From a virus, in the IMG/VR virus record IMGVR_UViG_3300025035_001128: a DNA stretch of 46,544 bases. One strand, written 5' to 3'. Made by a program: the position numbers and the translations under genes. The notes under the pieces were generated by a model. The model saw only the letters and a list, made by a program, of their open reading frames with translations. It ran no database searches and was not told the origin of the DNA. Positions 10,205-21,055 of this stretch are shown here, piece by piece; position 1 is the first letter of the stretch, and the number at the start of each line of letters is the position of its first letter.

Positions 10205-10603
10205 TTAGTTAAAACCAACTAATTTTACCTCAAAAACTAATGGTGTATTGGGTGGAATAATATTATTCATCCCTCTAATTCCATATGCTGTTTCTGATGG
10301 ACAATCTAATTTTGCTATGCCACTAACCCTCATAGCTTGAACCCCTGTTGTCCAACATGGTATTACCTGGTTTAAATTGAATTCAATAGGTGATGTTGAC
10401 TGATCAAATATTTGTCCATTTTTAAACATTCCTCTATATTCAACCTTTACAATTGAATCGTATTTTGGATGTTCTCCATTACCAACTTTTATATGAGTAA
10501 CTACAACACCACCAGCAAGATTTACACCATTTAATTCATTTACATTTATTTGAGCTATTGCTGATGTTGCAAACATTGCTGTTATAACTAATATTTTTTT
10601 CAT
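10205..10603 (-). CDS. FKBP-type peptidyl-prolyl isomerase, exported
   Basis: signal peptide; VKVEYRG, QVIPCWTTG, AYGIRG, IPPNTPLVFEVKL. Confidence 0.9.
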   Translation of the reverse strand: MKKILVITAMFATSAIAQINVNELNGVNLAGGVVVTHIKVGNGEHPKYDSIVKVEYRGMFKNGQIFDQSTSPIEFNLNQVIPCWTTGVQAMRVSGIAKLDCPSETAYGIRGMNNIIPPNTPLVFEVKLVGFN

Positions 10604-10731
10604 ATACTATCTTTTCAAAGTAATTTAAACATTAGTTCAACATGTATTTAATGTCAATTAAATTTAACCTTAATTGTATTGCTAACTTTAACTTAGTTTA
10701 ATTATATTAAACCAATTGTTTAAAAAATATT

Positions 10732-11538
10732 ATGATAACAAAAATAAAAACAAAAGAACTTTTAAAAATAATTAATCCAATAACTGATTTAATATCATTT
10801 GAAGGTGAAGATTTTAAAATAGATTTTTCTGAATTGAAAAAATATGTTGAAAAACCTAGACAACTTAATGTATTTAAGCCTTCTGAAAACAAAACAATTC
10901 AATTATATAAAGATTTAGCTCTTTATATAATAAATAGTAGTGAACCCAAAATTGTAAATATTGATTTAGATAATAATCAACCAATCAACTCAGGGGTTTA
11001 TGAATATATTAAAAACATTTATCAACAAGAAGAATACACCATGATTAATATTCCAGAAGATGGTAATAATTCTATTTTCATTAAAAGTAAAAAACTTTTA
11101 AATAATCCATTATTAAATATTGACGAAGCAAAAGATGTAACCTTTTCTAAACTATCTACTGTTTTTTTTAATTCTGAAAAAATAGTAGATAATGAAAAGT
11201 TTTTTTGGAAAGAAGAAAATAATGATGTTTATTCAAATCAAAATTTTGTTATTAAAAAATTTAATGACATAATAAAATCAAAAAATTCACTTGATGAAAA
11301 ATATTTATCTTTTATTTCATTAATTAAAATTACTGATCAAAATCTTCTTGATTCTGATAGTTTTAAAATTGCACTTATTGATATAAATAGTGAACCATTA
11401 AATAATTTGTTGATTAATAAAAAACATAAAATAAAAAATGAAAATTTTTCTATAGATTTTAGTTCTAAAGAAATTCATGACAAAATAATATCTAATATTA
11501 AACGAAGGAAAAACAACTATTCTAACCACCATATTTAA
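10732..11538 (+). CDS. hypothetical protein
   Basis: 268-aa ORF. Confidence 0.7.
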   Translation: MITKIKTKELLKIINPITDLISFEGEDFKIDFSELKKYVEKPRQLNVFKPSENKTIQLYKDLALYIINSSEPKIVNIDLDNNQPINSGVYEYIKNIYQQEEYTMINIPEDGNNSIFIKSKKLLNNPLLNIDEAKDVTFSKLSTVFFNSEKIVDNEKFFWKEENNDVYSNQNFVIKKFNDIIKSKNSLDEKYLSFISLIKITDQNLLDSDSFKIALIDINSEPLNNLLINKKHKIKNENFSIDFSSKEIHDKIISNIKRRKNNYSNHHI

Positions 11539-12937
11539 TGAATACAGAGAGAGTTTAAATTCTTTAATATATAGAGTTAAAAATTTGAAAAGCGATTAAA
11601 CTTCTTTACAAATTACAAATAGAAGACTTTAATAATAATTACTATATTGATATTAAAAAAATCATTAACTCACCTAAAACAATTGAATATCTAATTAATA
11701 AATATCATGCTTATTCTTCTAATGATAATGAATTATCTATAGTTTCTTGCTTTCATTTGCTCAGCAAAGACAATAAAGAAAATACAAAAATAATAGATAA
11801 ATATTTACAGTTAATTACATCAAAAAACATGAATGGTGAGGATTATATTAGCAATACTGCACTATTTAATCTACCTTTTAATTTATTTAATAAAAAACCA
11901 ATAATGAATAAAGTATTGAAACATTTAGATTTTGAAGTATTAAATCAACATATTAATGAAAAAAAATAAGTAATGAATTATTTATTAATACAGATTACAT
12001 TTTAGAAAGTATTAATATTGTTTCAACATATAAATTACATAAATTGTTAACTTTGTTGTTAAAACCAGATGATATTAATAAAGAATTTATTTTAAAAATA
12101 ATAAAGGTATCACCTTATTTTTACAAACACATTCAAGAGAACCCAAGAACATACAAGAATTTAAACAAAGATGAAGATATTATCTCCACTGCTATATCTA
12201 GTGGATTAAATTTAAAAAAAATAAACATTAATTCAATTAAAAATTTATTATTGTCAGATTCAAATGACAATCAAAATATTTGTGTGAAATATCTTATTGA
12301 AACAGATAACGTTAATGATTATTCTCTATTTCAAGATAAAGATGATATGCAAAAATTTAATTTAAAATATAAACATCTTGAATATTTGTTTTTCAATAAA
12401 GATAGCAATTATTCATATGAAAACAAAGATAGAAATAAAATGCTTTCAAAATTAAAAACAAAAGAGGAAGTTTTTGAATTATTTGAAAAAATTGACAACC
12501 TTAACTTTCCATATCGCATTAACAATATTGGTTTAATTGATGGACTACATCCAAAATTAAAATCAAACAATGTAATAATTGAAACAATAATTGAAAAACA
12601 TGGAATCATTCCATATTCAAAAATAGATTAATCTTTACAATTAAATTTTGATTTCACAATTTCCATATTAAAAAATAATCCTCTTTACATTAAGAATTTG
12701 CCACTAGAATTTTTTAATAATATTGATTTCTCTCTTTCTTTTTCTGCATTAATGGATAATGGAGTTTTTGATGAAAAACCTGAACTTATTCCAAATTTTG
12801 TATCTAAATTTTTTGAAAATCAGAATGTCACTTCAAACTTTCAAGATTATTTAAAAACTTATATTGAATATACAGGAATGAAAGAAACCCTACACACTAA
12901 CACTAACACTAAAATTTCTAAACGAATTAAAATTTAA
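11538..12937 (+). pseudogene. fragmented large hypothetical gene (weak DUF4116-like repeats)
   Basis: ORFs 11757, 12044 and 12698 join through a frameshift in the A-run near 11965 and an in-frame TAA at 12629-12631; TAATG-coupled start; ends KRIKI. Confidence 0.6.
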
Positions 12938-12983
12938 TAGTTTGCTTTACTTTTTTTTTCTCTTAAAATATATATAGTTACGA

Positions 12984-14363
12984 ATGAATATAATGAAAAA
13001 ACTAAATAGAGCTGGACTTAATGCAAGGGGATGGAATGATGAGGCTATAGATGTCCTATTGGGCAGACCAAACCATACTACAGAGACAGAAGAACTTTGG
13101 GATTTTAAGATATTTCAACCTAAAGAGCAGAACCTTTCTTTTAAAAAATTCACTACTGCTGATGATTTTTATAAAAGACAAGAACTATTTATTAAACAAT
13201 TAGAAGAACAAACCATAATTGGAATTAACCAAGTTAAAAATTTATCTATAGAATTTAAAGAACATGATTGCTTATTAAAAAATAGTAAAAAATATAACCC
13301 ATTTGAACCCATTCTTCATTATGTTCAAGATAACTTTAAACCTGACCCTAATGGCTCATATACCCTCTTTACTGATGGTTGCTTTAAGTCTATTGGTTCA
13401 CAAGCTTTTGCTAGCTGTGCGGGCTGGATTTTAGATAACAATACAAATAAAATTATTATTGAATTTACTAAAGTTGTTGAACTCAATGATGAAAATCCCA
13501 AAAGAAAAGGTATGCCTGATTTTGAATTAACAGGAATTAATGAAGGTGTTAAAGTTATTGAATTATTGGGAATTAAAAATGTTCAATGCTATACCGACTG
13601 TATGGGTGAAGCTAGAATAATTTTAGCTGCTGTTCACAATATCGGTGATAGTCGTATTAATACTGTTTCCTATTTATATTCTTCAATTATTGATACCCTA
13701 CAAAAAACTAATTCATCTATAGCTTGGATTCCAAGAGAATATAACTCTCATGCTGATGAATTAACTAAAGTTCCTCTAAATGCTTGGTATGATGCATATA
13801 AAAAATCTGTTGTTGAAATTAATCACTTTAAAGATAATAATTACATTGTAGATAGAGAGAAGGATATGTTCTTTCATAATGATAAATTCTCTTATTCAAC
13901 AAGAGATTCAGCTAAAGATAGATATCAACTTATTTATAACCAATCATTTGGGAAAGATTTTATATTAATTTATGATACTGTAAATGATAGCTTGGAAACT
14001 ATTCATGCTGAACCAAGAACATTTTCTCATATTCCTGAAGAATTAAATGACTCTATTAAAAGATTAAAAAAGAATAGTCTAGACGGAACCCATACTTTTA
14101 AATTAGCTAATGCAATAAAAGACTTTTATCATTTACCTAACTTAACAATTTGTGTTAGACCAGGAACAGTAGCAACTTGTAATAAACTTACTCCAATACC
14201 TACATTTTTACAAGAAGAGTATTTTGAATTACATAAATCCTTTAATGACTTTCCGGGTAATATAACCATTACTGATTTTGATAAAAAATTAGAAAAGAAA
14301 ATTAAAAACTTTCTTGAAAAAGAATTCTTCCCCAAACCTAAAAAAGTTAAGCCTTTTGCCTGA
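12984..14363 (+). CDS. RNase HI-like domain protein with N- and C-terminal extensions (paralog 1)
   Basis: LFTDG, FEL, YTD, WIPREYNSHADEL catalytic pattern; alignable with 34567-35925. Confidence 0.8.
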   Translation: MNIMKKLNRAGLNARGWNDEAIDVLLGRPNHTTETEELWDFKIFQPKEQNLSFKKFTTADDFYKRQELFIKQLEEQTIIGINQVKNLSIEFKEHDCLLKNSKKYNPFEPILHYVQDNFKPDPNGSYTLFTDGCFKSIGSQAFASCAGWILDNNTNKIIIEFTKVVELNDENPKRKGMPDFELTGINEGVKVIELLGIKNVQCYTDCMGEARIILAAVHNIGDSRINTVSYLYSSIIDTLQKTNSSIAWIPREYNSHADELTKVPLNAWYDAYKKSVVEINHFKDNNYIVDREKDMFFHNDKFSYSTRDSAKDRYQLIYNQSFGKDFILIYDTVNDSLETIHAEPRTFSHIPEELNDSIKRLKKNSLDGTHTFKLANAIKDFYHLPNLTICVRPGTVATCNKLTPIPTFLQEEYFELHKSFNDFPGNITITDFDKKLEKKIKNFLEKEFFPKPKKVKPFA

Positions 14364-14450
14364 ACTTAAATAGAAAAAATATATCACTTATATTGACTAA
14401 GTTGCTAAATTTAAACAAAAATAATACAATTACATCTTTTAAGGATTATT

Positions 14451-15410
14451 ATGTTAGGAGCTATTATTGGTGATATTATTGGTAGTGTTTATGAGAACAT
14501 TCCTAAACTTCCTATTCGTCAAACTGAGCAGATGACAGATGATTCATTTCTTACCCTAGCTGCATTGAATTGGATGACCGACTTAGACTTAAGTAAGTTT
14601 AAGTATCTTTTTGATAAAAACAAATCTCATCAAAACCGTGAATTTGTTCTTATAAAGCAAGAAATATTTAATAATGCTGAAAAAAACCTTTTGAAATGGT
14701 ATGACATTGGTATAAAAGAAAACATTAATCAGAATAACCTTATTCCAGCCTTTAGTCCTGGATTTGATAATTGGGTGCTTGCTAAAAATAATAAAATAAT
14801 TTCAAAAATAAAATACAATAGTAATACAAATGGTTGTTTGATGAGAAATTCTCCAATTTCATTTATCGGACACTCTAAATCTTTATCCCTTGAACATGTT
14901 CTAGAATTAACTAAGATTTTTTGTTTAACTACTCATACTCATGAAGATAGCCTTCATACAACAGAAATACATTCATCACTACTTTATTTGATTTATTCCA
15001 AGGTTATTAATAGCTCAAACATAAAAAACATTCTTAGTAAAGAGAATTCAATAATTACATCATTACATCCAAACTTAATTTCTATTAAACCTCTTGATTT
15101 TTGGATACCAAAAGAAAAAGATGTTTTAGATAATCCAAAATTAAAATTTCTTTGGGACTCTAAAAACTCTCTTAATATTGCTTTGTCTGCAATTTATTAC
15201 TCTAAGAGCTTTAAAGAAACTATGGACTTTTGTAATGCTACCAACATGGATACAGATACTTATTGTGCTATTGCTGGCCCCATTGCTGAAGGATTATGGG
15301 GGATTGATCTGATTAATATGGGAAAAGGTATGAAAATAATAAATTTAATTCCTGAAGCTAACCAATTAATCAATAAAACAATTAAAGTACATTATTTTAA
15401 CATTATTTAA
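14451..15410 (+). CDS. ADP-ribosylglycohydrolase (DraG/ARH family)
   Basis: MLGAIIGDIIGSVYE, MTDDS, NGCLMR, DTDTYCAIAG. Confidence 0.9.
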   Translation: MLGAIIGDIIGSVYENIPKLPIRQTEQMTDDSFLTLAALNWMTDLDLSKFKYLFDKNKSHQNREFVLIKQEIFNNAEKNLLKWYDIGIKENINQNNLIPAFSPGFDNWVLAKNNKIISKIKYNSNTNGCLMRNSPISFIGHSKSLSLEHVLELTKIFCLTTHTHEDSLHTTEIHSSLLYLIYSKVINSSNIKNILSKENSIITSLHPNLISIKPLDFWIPKEKDVLDNPKLKFLWDSKNSLNIALSAIYYSKSFKETMDFCNATNMDTDTYCAIAGPIAEGLWGIDLINMGKGMKIINLIPEANQLINKTIKVHYFNII

Positions 15411-15411
15411 A

Positions 15412-15807
15412 TTATTTCTTTTTCCAATATCCGCTACCAACATCGGTATACCCGTTTTTTTCTAAAAACTTACTTACTTCTCTTTCCCCAATATTATATG
15501 ACCTTTCACGGTTATATTTATCATCAGTTACAAATTCAGATTGAGCATCAACAGCCTTTTTAATTTCCTCATAGTCAACAGGAATACGACCTCTACGATC
15601 ACCTTCGGCAGATATAAAAATTAAATCTGTTGAAACATACTCTCCACAATTTCCCAAATCTGCTGCCGCTGTCATATATTTATGAGTAGATGATACCAAA
15701 GAACCTCTTCCAATAAATTTGTTGGCCGCATAAGCTTTTTTTAAATCTTTTGAAAAATAAGGATTGGTATTTTTAACTTTGCTTATACGTTCGTGTAGTG
15801 TTGTCAT
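15412..15807 (-). CDS. hypothetical protein
   Basis: 131-aa ORF with upstream -10 box. Confidence 0.65.
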   Translation of the reverse strand: MTTLHERISKVKNTNPYFSKDLKKAYAANKFIGRGSLVSSTHKYMTAAADLGNCGEYVSTDLIFISAEGDRRGRIPVDYEEIKKAVDAQSEFVTDDKYNRERSYNIGEREVSKFLEKNGYTDVGSGYWKKK

Positions 15808-15858
15808 AATGTTTATTTCGGAATTATATTGTTGATATTATAGCATATTAATGCTAAC

Positions 15859-16158
15859 ATGTCTAAAACCAATAGGGAATTTATGAATACTAAATTAAAA
15901 ATTTCAATAACAAATAAAAATCTTATTTCTATACTAGTTGACGACCTAGAATACTCACCTGAAGAAGTTGAAGAAATGAGTATTGATGAAAAAATAGATA
16001 GATTTGTAGGATCTGGTTATTTTGAAAATGAATTTGGTGGGGTGCTAGATAAAAAAGATGATAATTTTATTGACTTTGAAACCGTTTCAAATGTTACAGG
16101 AAATCCAGTATCATTAGATTCTTATTCACAACTTACACAAAAAAAACCTAAACCATAA
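15859..16158 (+). CDS. hypothetical protein
   Basis: 99-aa ORF. Confidence 0.6.
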   Translation: MSKTNREFMNTKLKISITNKNLISILVDDLEYSPEEVEEMSIDEKIDRFVGSGYFENEFGGVLDKKDDNFIDFETVSNVTGNPVSLDSYSQLTQKKPKP

Positions 16159-16164
16159 TTTAAT

Positions 16165-16413
16165 ATGCTCAATCCAAGAATTAAAACAAAAGAAATTAAC
16201 CTATGTCCAATGTGTGGAAGTCGGGCAGAAGTTTTTGCGACTGGCGCTGCTGAATGTTATGGCTATGCCTGGCAAAGCTATGGAGTTGAATGTAAAGATG
16301 AATTCCACAAGCATTGCGATATGAATTTGAGCATTAGTGCTGATTTTTTCAATCTTGATGTTCATAATGACACCTTAATTGATATGTGGAACAGCATTAA
16401 AACAAGAAAATAA
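16165..16413 (+). CDS. Lar-like zinc-ribbon protein
   Basis: LCPMCGS...VECKDEFHKHC...WN pattern typical of Lar restriction-alleviation-like proteins. Confidence 0.55.
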   Translation: MLNPRIKTKEINLCPMCGSRAEVFATGAAECYGYAWQSYGVECKDEFHKHCDMNLSISADFFNLDVHNDTLIDMWNSIKTRK

Positions 16414-16870
16414 ATAAATTTAAATATCTTCTATTGGTTCACTTACTTCTATAATCTTATTAATTCTTTCTAAATCTAATGCTCCAGATTTAACCTGTAT
16501 AACTCTTATTTTTATTTTTTCATCAACTCTCTATCTGAATTACATTCAAATGCTCTTATGTTTGGTGGATTTAATAGCGATAGCTTTAAAATTAAGTTTA
16601 AAAATCTTTCTAAACTTGGTTCTAGGATTTTAAATGATAAATATTTAACCCCAAAAATTAATAACAATAATAATAATAAAGGAAAGAATCATGTATAAAA
16701 ATGAATCTATTTTACAACCAATATGAATGACTTTAAAACAAAAAACCCAAAACAAATTTAACCAGGAGAATATCGTGTTATAGATTTTTAAACCACCATA
16801 ATAGTTTTATTATTTTGAAACTTAAACTAGAGGGTTACATATTTATTCATTTTTTAAATAAGGAGTTATT

Positions 16871-17212
16871 ATGAATACACAATTTGAAAGCAACGAGGCA
16901 CTACACACTAAAGAATTTATTTCTGTTTGGAAAAAAATTAGTAATGATGTGAGGATTAAACCAACATTTGATTCTTATCACAATAAAATAAAAGGATATA
17001 TCTACCCTGAACATCATATTCTATATAATATAGTTAGAGGTTTTCCTGCCAATAGAGGATTTACAGATGGAACTGAAGGATTTAAAAATGCTTTATCTTT
17101 TTTTAGTAAAAATTACTATTTAAATAAAATGTTTGAACCATTTGAAGGGCATCTATCTACTGAAGTATATAATGAAATACTAACTGAAGTTAAAACATTA
17201 CTTAATTCTTAA
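16871..17212 (+). CDS. hypothetical phage protein
   Basis: AAGGAG RBS, 113 aa. Confidence 0.7.
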   Translation: MNTQFESNEALHTKEFISVWKKISNDVRIKPTFDSYHNKIKGYIYPEHHILYNIVRGFPANRGFTDGTEGFKNALSFFSKNYYLNKMFEPFEGHLSTEVYNEILTEVKTLLNS

Positions 17213-17222
17213 TTCTAAATAC

Positions 17223-17246
17223 AAATGGCTGATAATTCAGCCATTT
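17223..17246. terminator. bidirectional terminator-like hairpin
   Basis: AAATGGCTGA-TAAT-TCAGCCATTT between convergent genes. Confidence 0.75.
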
Positions 17247-17288
17247 TATTTATCTATTTCACCTTATTCATTAGGTGATGTTAAAAAA

Positions 17289-17510
17289 CTAACACAACTC
17301 TTTTTGCTCTAGTTTTGAAATACCTTCTTTAATAATTTTTTGAATTTTTTCTTGATGATATTGAACTGTATCAAACCAACGGTAAGCCCCCTGTTCCTTG
17401 GTTGAATCGTTTTCCCACTTTTCAATACTACCATCCTTAAATACTCGGAACTCACCAATATCTGTTTCAACAACAGCATATGTTACCACTTGAGATGCAA
17501 AAATAGTCAT
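17289..17510 (-). CDS. hypothetical protein
   Basis: AAGGA RBS and TGTTATAAT upstream. Confidence 0.65.
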   Translation of the reverse strand: MTIFASQVVTYAVVETDIGEFRVFKDGSIEKWENDSTKEQGAYRWFDTVQYHQEKIQKIIKEGISKLEQKELC

Positions 17511-17665
17511 TTAATTTTCCTTAATTGTTTTGATGTATTTATTATAACACAATTATTTTTTCACATAATATAAGCAAGTTACGTCGTTATGTTATTTTGG
17601 CCTTTATTGACTTCACCCGTCATTATTCTACGATTTTGGTAACTTAGCTTTATAAAGGATTTAAA

Positions 17666-18011
17666 ATGCTTAATAAAAAAACCTCAATCATCAGTGTAGC
17701 TTTTCTAATATTATTTGGTATGTCTTCTATGGCTAAGGCCGAAGTAGATGTTGGAGCTGCGAAAACATTTAGCAAAAAGTAATTCTTGTTTTAAGTGTCA
17801 TTCTGTTGATAAAGAAAAAAAATGACTTTCTTTTCAAAAAATTTCATTAAAATATAAAAGTAAAGCAAATTCACAAATTCTAGTTTTTGATGCATTCACT
17901 AAAGATAGAAAAGTTAAATTTGCTGATGGTTCTGAAGATAATCATAAAATAATTGATACAACCGATGTGAATAGCAAAAATAATTTATCTAGTTGGATTT
18001 TGAGCCAATAA
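17666..18011 (+). pseudogene. class I cytochrome c, disrupted
   Basis: signal peptide, +1 frameshift near 17769, then AKSNSCFKCHSVDKEKK*LSFQKISLKYK...HKII...WILSQ (CxxCH); in-frame TGA at 17823-17825. Confidence 0.8.
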
Positions 18012-18202
18012 TTCACACAATTTAATTAATATAACTGACTTTTCTACTGAATTAAAATTGGAAAGAATATTAATTTAATTAGAGAAAACCAAAAACCAAA
18101 TAATATTCCCACATTTAAGCCTTAAATTTAAATTTCTTAACAAAGATTAATATCTTAATATTATATGTTATAATAAAACTTAAATAACCTAAAGGCATAA
18201 AT

Positions 18203-18397
18203 ATGTTTACACCACAAGAACTTTCAAAACTAGGATTCATTCCACAAACTAAGTATAAACAAGGGCTGGCTGTTTCAACTGGTATTACTGCACCACAAGA
18301 AATAACTGAAGAAATCTTTCGTAATATTCCATTACATATTCAAATTAGATATTCACCTTCATCAAATAATGGAATTCATCAATTAGCATACAAGTAA
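18203..18397 (+). CDS. hypothetical protein
   Basis: TGTTATAAT and AAGG upstream; 64 aa. Confidence 0.55.
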   Translation: MFTPQELSKLGFIPQTKYKQGLAVSTGITAPQEITEEIFRNIPLHIQIRYSPSSNNGIHQLAYK

Positions 18398-18451
18398 TTT
18401 TATAATAATACCATTAGGTATGGTTTAAAAATAAAGAAAAGCACTATTACT

Positions 18452-19398
18452 AGCAAGCCCCTCTGAAACCTTGTTGAAAAACAAGTCGCTTGGTAGGGGT
18501 TGTTAAACCAAGCTGATAAACCTACACTTCCAAAGATAGCTTATGCTAGCTTTGGTTCTACTCAAAAGGATTAATCTCTTGAGCAGATTGTGGTTTAACT
18601 ACCGTAGGTTGAATATAATCCATTATGTTTTTATACCAATGATTTCTATTCTTTCTTAAAGCTGAATAAACTTCATTCCATTTCAACTCACCTACAAACA
18701 ACCTATTGCTCTGCTTGGGTTGTTTGTGATAAGGGAATTTAATTTCTTCTTGATACATCTTCTTAAAACTTACATTATTTTCAGTTTTTTATTTACTTTA
18801 TTGTTAGCCTTAGTTAATTTTATATTTAAATAATATAATTTAGTTCTTAGTTTAGCTAGGTTATTTTTATCAACTACTGTTTAAATATAATCTTTCTTAG
18901 CCATTTTGATAACTAAATCAGATAAAGTTTTTTTTTAGATTTAATAGCTTTATATAAAGATAAAATATTATCTTTAGTATCTTCAATATAACCTTTATTT
19001 AACTCTAATACTGAATTAATTTTACCTGATAATTCAATAGAAATTGAATTATATTGTCTTGCATTAATTTGATATTTAGTTTGGTAACTAGACTTTAATT
19101 CATTAATCTTAGACTTAGGCAATATATCAACTTTATTCTTAATTTTATAAGAAATAATATCTTTATATAATTTACGTTGAATATAATTATGCAATACAAC
19201 AACTTTATCTAATTGAGTTTTAATTTCAATTAGATTATACTGATTTTCAAGTAATGTTGAAGTTAATGTTGTTTGCATTTAGTTTAAATATTTAACCAGT
19301 AATGTAAACTAAATCTATTGTTTTAGCAAGTTGTTTTATTTGTAAATTTATCAAATGAATAGGTTTGATTAACTTTTTCTATATCTGCAAGTTACCCT
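18452..19398 (-). mobile_element. non-autonomous, internally deleted IS200/IS605/IS607-type TnpB element (no tnpA)
   Basis: tnpB-like N-terminus, C-terminal stub and structured right end; left end near TAGGGTAACTTGC. Confidence 0.7.
18558..19278 (-). pseudogene. tnpB: tnpB-like gene with frameshift, nonsense codon and central deletion (no RuvC motifs visible)
   Basis: NELKSSYQTKYQINARQYNSISIELSGKINSVLEL resembles TnpB-related accessory proteins; frameshift in A-run near 18930, TAA at 18881-18883. Confidence 0.65.
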
Positions 19399-19449
19399 AA
19401 AAAAACAAAAGCATTGATATAGTAATGACTTTTGCCATTTTTTGTTTAT

Positions 19450-19695
19450 TCATGACAATTCCTTTAATTTAATTCCAAAACTAGCCCCTAACTTCTTTTG
19501 CCACATAATTATTTCTCTTAAACTAATAGTTCCATCCTCAGATGCATTTATATCCTTAATCATTAATCCACCAGCAATAATAATTTCTTTTGATAATAAT
19601 TGAATAAACATTTCTAACCAACCATCCTCATCTGCTTTACTTTCTAAGGTTAGTTCATTTGTTTTTTCAATAATTTTACCTATTTTTTCGTTCAT
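19450..19695 (-). CDS. hypothetical protein
   Basis: 81 aa, GAG RBS. Confidence 0.6.
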   Translation of the reverse strand: MNEKIGKIIEKTNELTLESKADEDGWLEMFIQLLSKEIIIAGGLMIKDINASEDGTISLREIIMWQKKLGASFGIKLKELS

Positions 19696-19943
19696 ATATA
19701 ACTCTCTTTTTAATAGGCTATTATTATGCCCTAGTTTGTAAAAAAAATAAACTATTTATTTAAAATAAATTTATTTTAGTAACACAGCCTTAAAATCAAT
19801 CATCATTTCTTTCATTGAACCACGGTAATACCAAATCAAGCCACACATTAAATAAAGAGATAATGATGCATGGGCATTTACTTCACGCATTAATTCAAGG
19901 GCCATAGGTGATTTAAAGCTCCAATATATCCAATAACAACCAT

Positions 19944-20276
19944 CTACAGCAAACTTAATCTAGTGCTGTGCTCTTCACCTGTCCATTCTTCTGGCGTTCT
20001 AATGTCGTCTCCGTAGTCAAGAATAAAAGGCTCGGTGTCACGCTCTCCAATCAGGAACTTTGCACACTCTGCTGCCCATGCAACACGATTCCAAAGCTCG
20101 CCTCGCGCAAGACTAATACCTCCACAGTTTCCGACTAGACCATCCCATTTATCTACTCGCACCAAAAGTGCTGTCCAATTTCGTTTCCCGTTGGACTCTG
20201 GAAAGCTAGTCAGCCGCACAGTCAATTTAGGTTGCACACCAATAGCCGACTTGAGAACGTCTTTCATATCTTTCAC
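19944..20276 (-). CDS. hypothetical phage protein, GC-richer than its surroundings
   Basis: 110 aa; many G/C-ending codons. Confidence 0.7.
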   Translation of the reverse strand: MKDMKDVLKSAIGVQPKLTVRLTSFPESNGKRNWTALLVRVDKWDGLVGNCGGISLARGELWNRVAWAAECAKFLIGERDTEPFILDYGDDIRTPEEWTGEEHSTRLSLL

Positions 20277-20319
20277 ATTTAACTTTCAACACATTATTCC
20301 GTAGATCCAAAATTAATAG

Positions 20320-20396
20320 TGGTGCGACATGCTGGGTTCGAACCAGCGACCCAAGGATTATGAGTCCTTTGCTCTAACCAACTGAGCTAATGTCGC
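20320..20396 (-). tRNA. tRNA with CAT anticodon (Ile2 or elongator Met), copy 1
   Basis: GCGACAT/ATGTCGC acceptor stem, AAGGA-CTCATAA-TCCTT, encoded CCA. Confidence 0.92.
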
Positions 20397-20462
20397 ATAA
20401 GATTTTACATTTCTGTAAGTGACCTAATTAAGATTATTATAGCATATATTGTCTATGTTTTT

Positions 20463-20981
20463 TTAAATACTATATGGATTTTTCTTCTTCTTTGTATTTT
20501 TATTTTGTTCTTTTTGCATTTCTGTTTCAATTTCTTTTGCATACTCTTGATTAGAATTGGCAATTTTAATTGGAAAAATAAACCCATAGCCGAAAAGTTT
20601 CTGATTAAGAGCAGCTGCATCTTTCCAATCTTCAACTTCTCCATCCGAAGAAATGGCAAAATGATTTGGAGCATGATGTTCCACAATCATTAATGTTGCT
20701 GTTACAGCTAAATCGTATGGGTTTTGTGCAGTTTTACAAAAATTAAATTGAGAATCAAATCCTTTACTAATAGCAAAGGTTTCATACTCTTCATCACCTA
20801 CACCATTAAAATTAATATAACCAGCAACTTCATCAACCATTACCTTACTAGGGTGATTGGAAGTAAGTTTAATTTTTGATTTTTTAAGACCACTAATAAT
20901 AACCTTTGTATCTTTGCAAATGTTGCTCCAAGCATCATCTGAAATTTCTTTTTTTTGTTGGAAGTAGTGAGTGTATCCCAT
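20463..20981 (-). CDS. conserved phage hypothetical protein
   Basis: MGYTHY...INFNG...FCKTAQNPYDLAV pattern. Confidence 0.75.
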   Translation of the reverse strand: MGYTHYFQQKKEISDDAWSNICKDTKVIISGLKKSKIKLTSNHPSKVMVDEVAGYINFNGVGDEEYETFAISKGFDSQFNFCKTAQNPYDLAVTATLMIVEHHAPNHFAISSDGEVEDWKDAAALNQKLFGYGFIFPIKIANSNQEYAKEIETEMQKEQNKNTKKKKNPYSI

Positions 20982-21055
20982 TATGTTTTCCTAAGTTTGT
21001 TTAGATGATTAATTATATCACATTATCTTTGTATTTTATGAATAATTACCTTTAA

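Noticed and set aside
16420-16800. Minus-strand membrane-protein gene
   Set aside because: Several frameshifts and no clear start; too degraded to call
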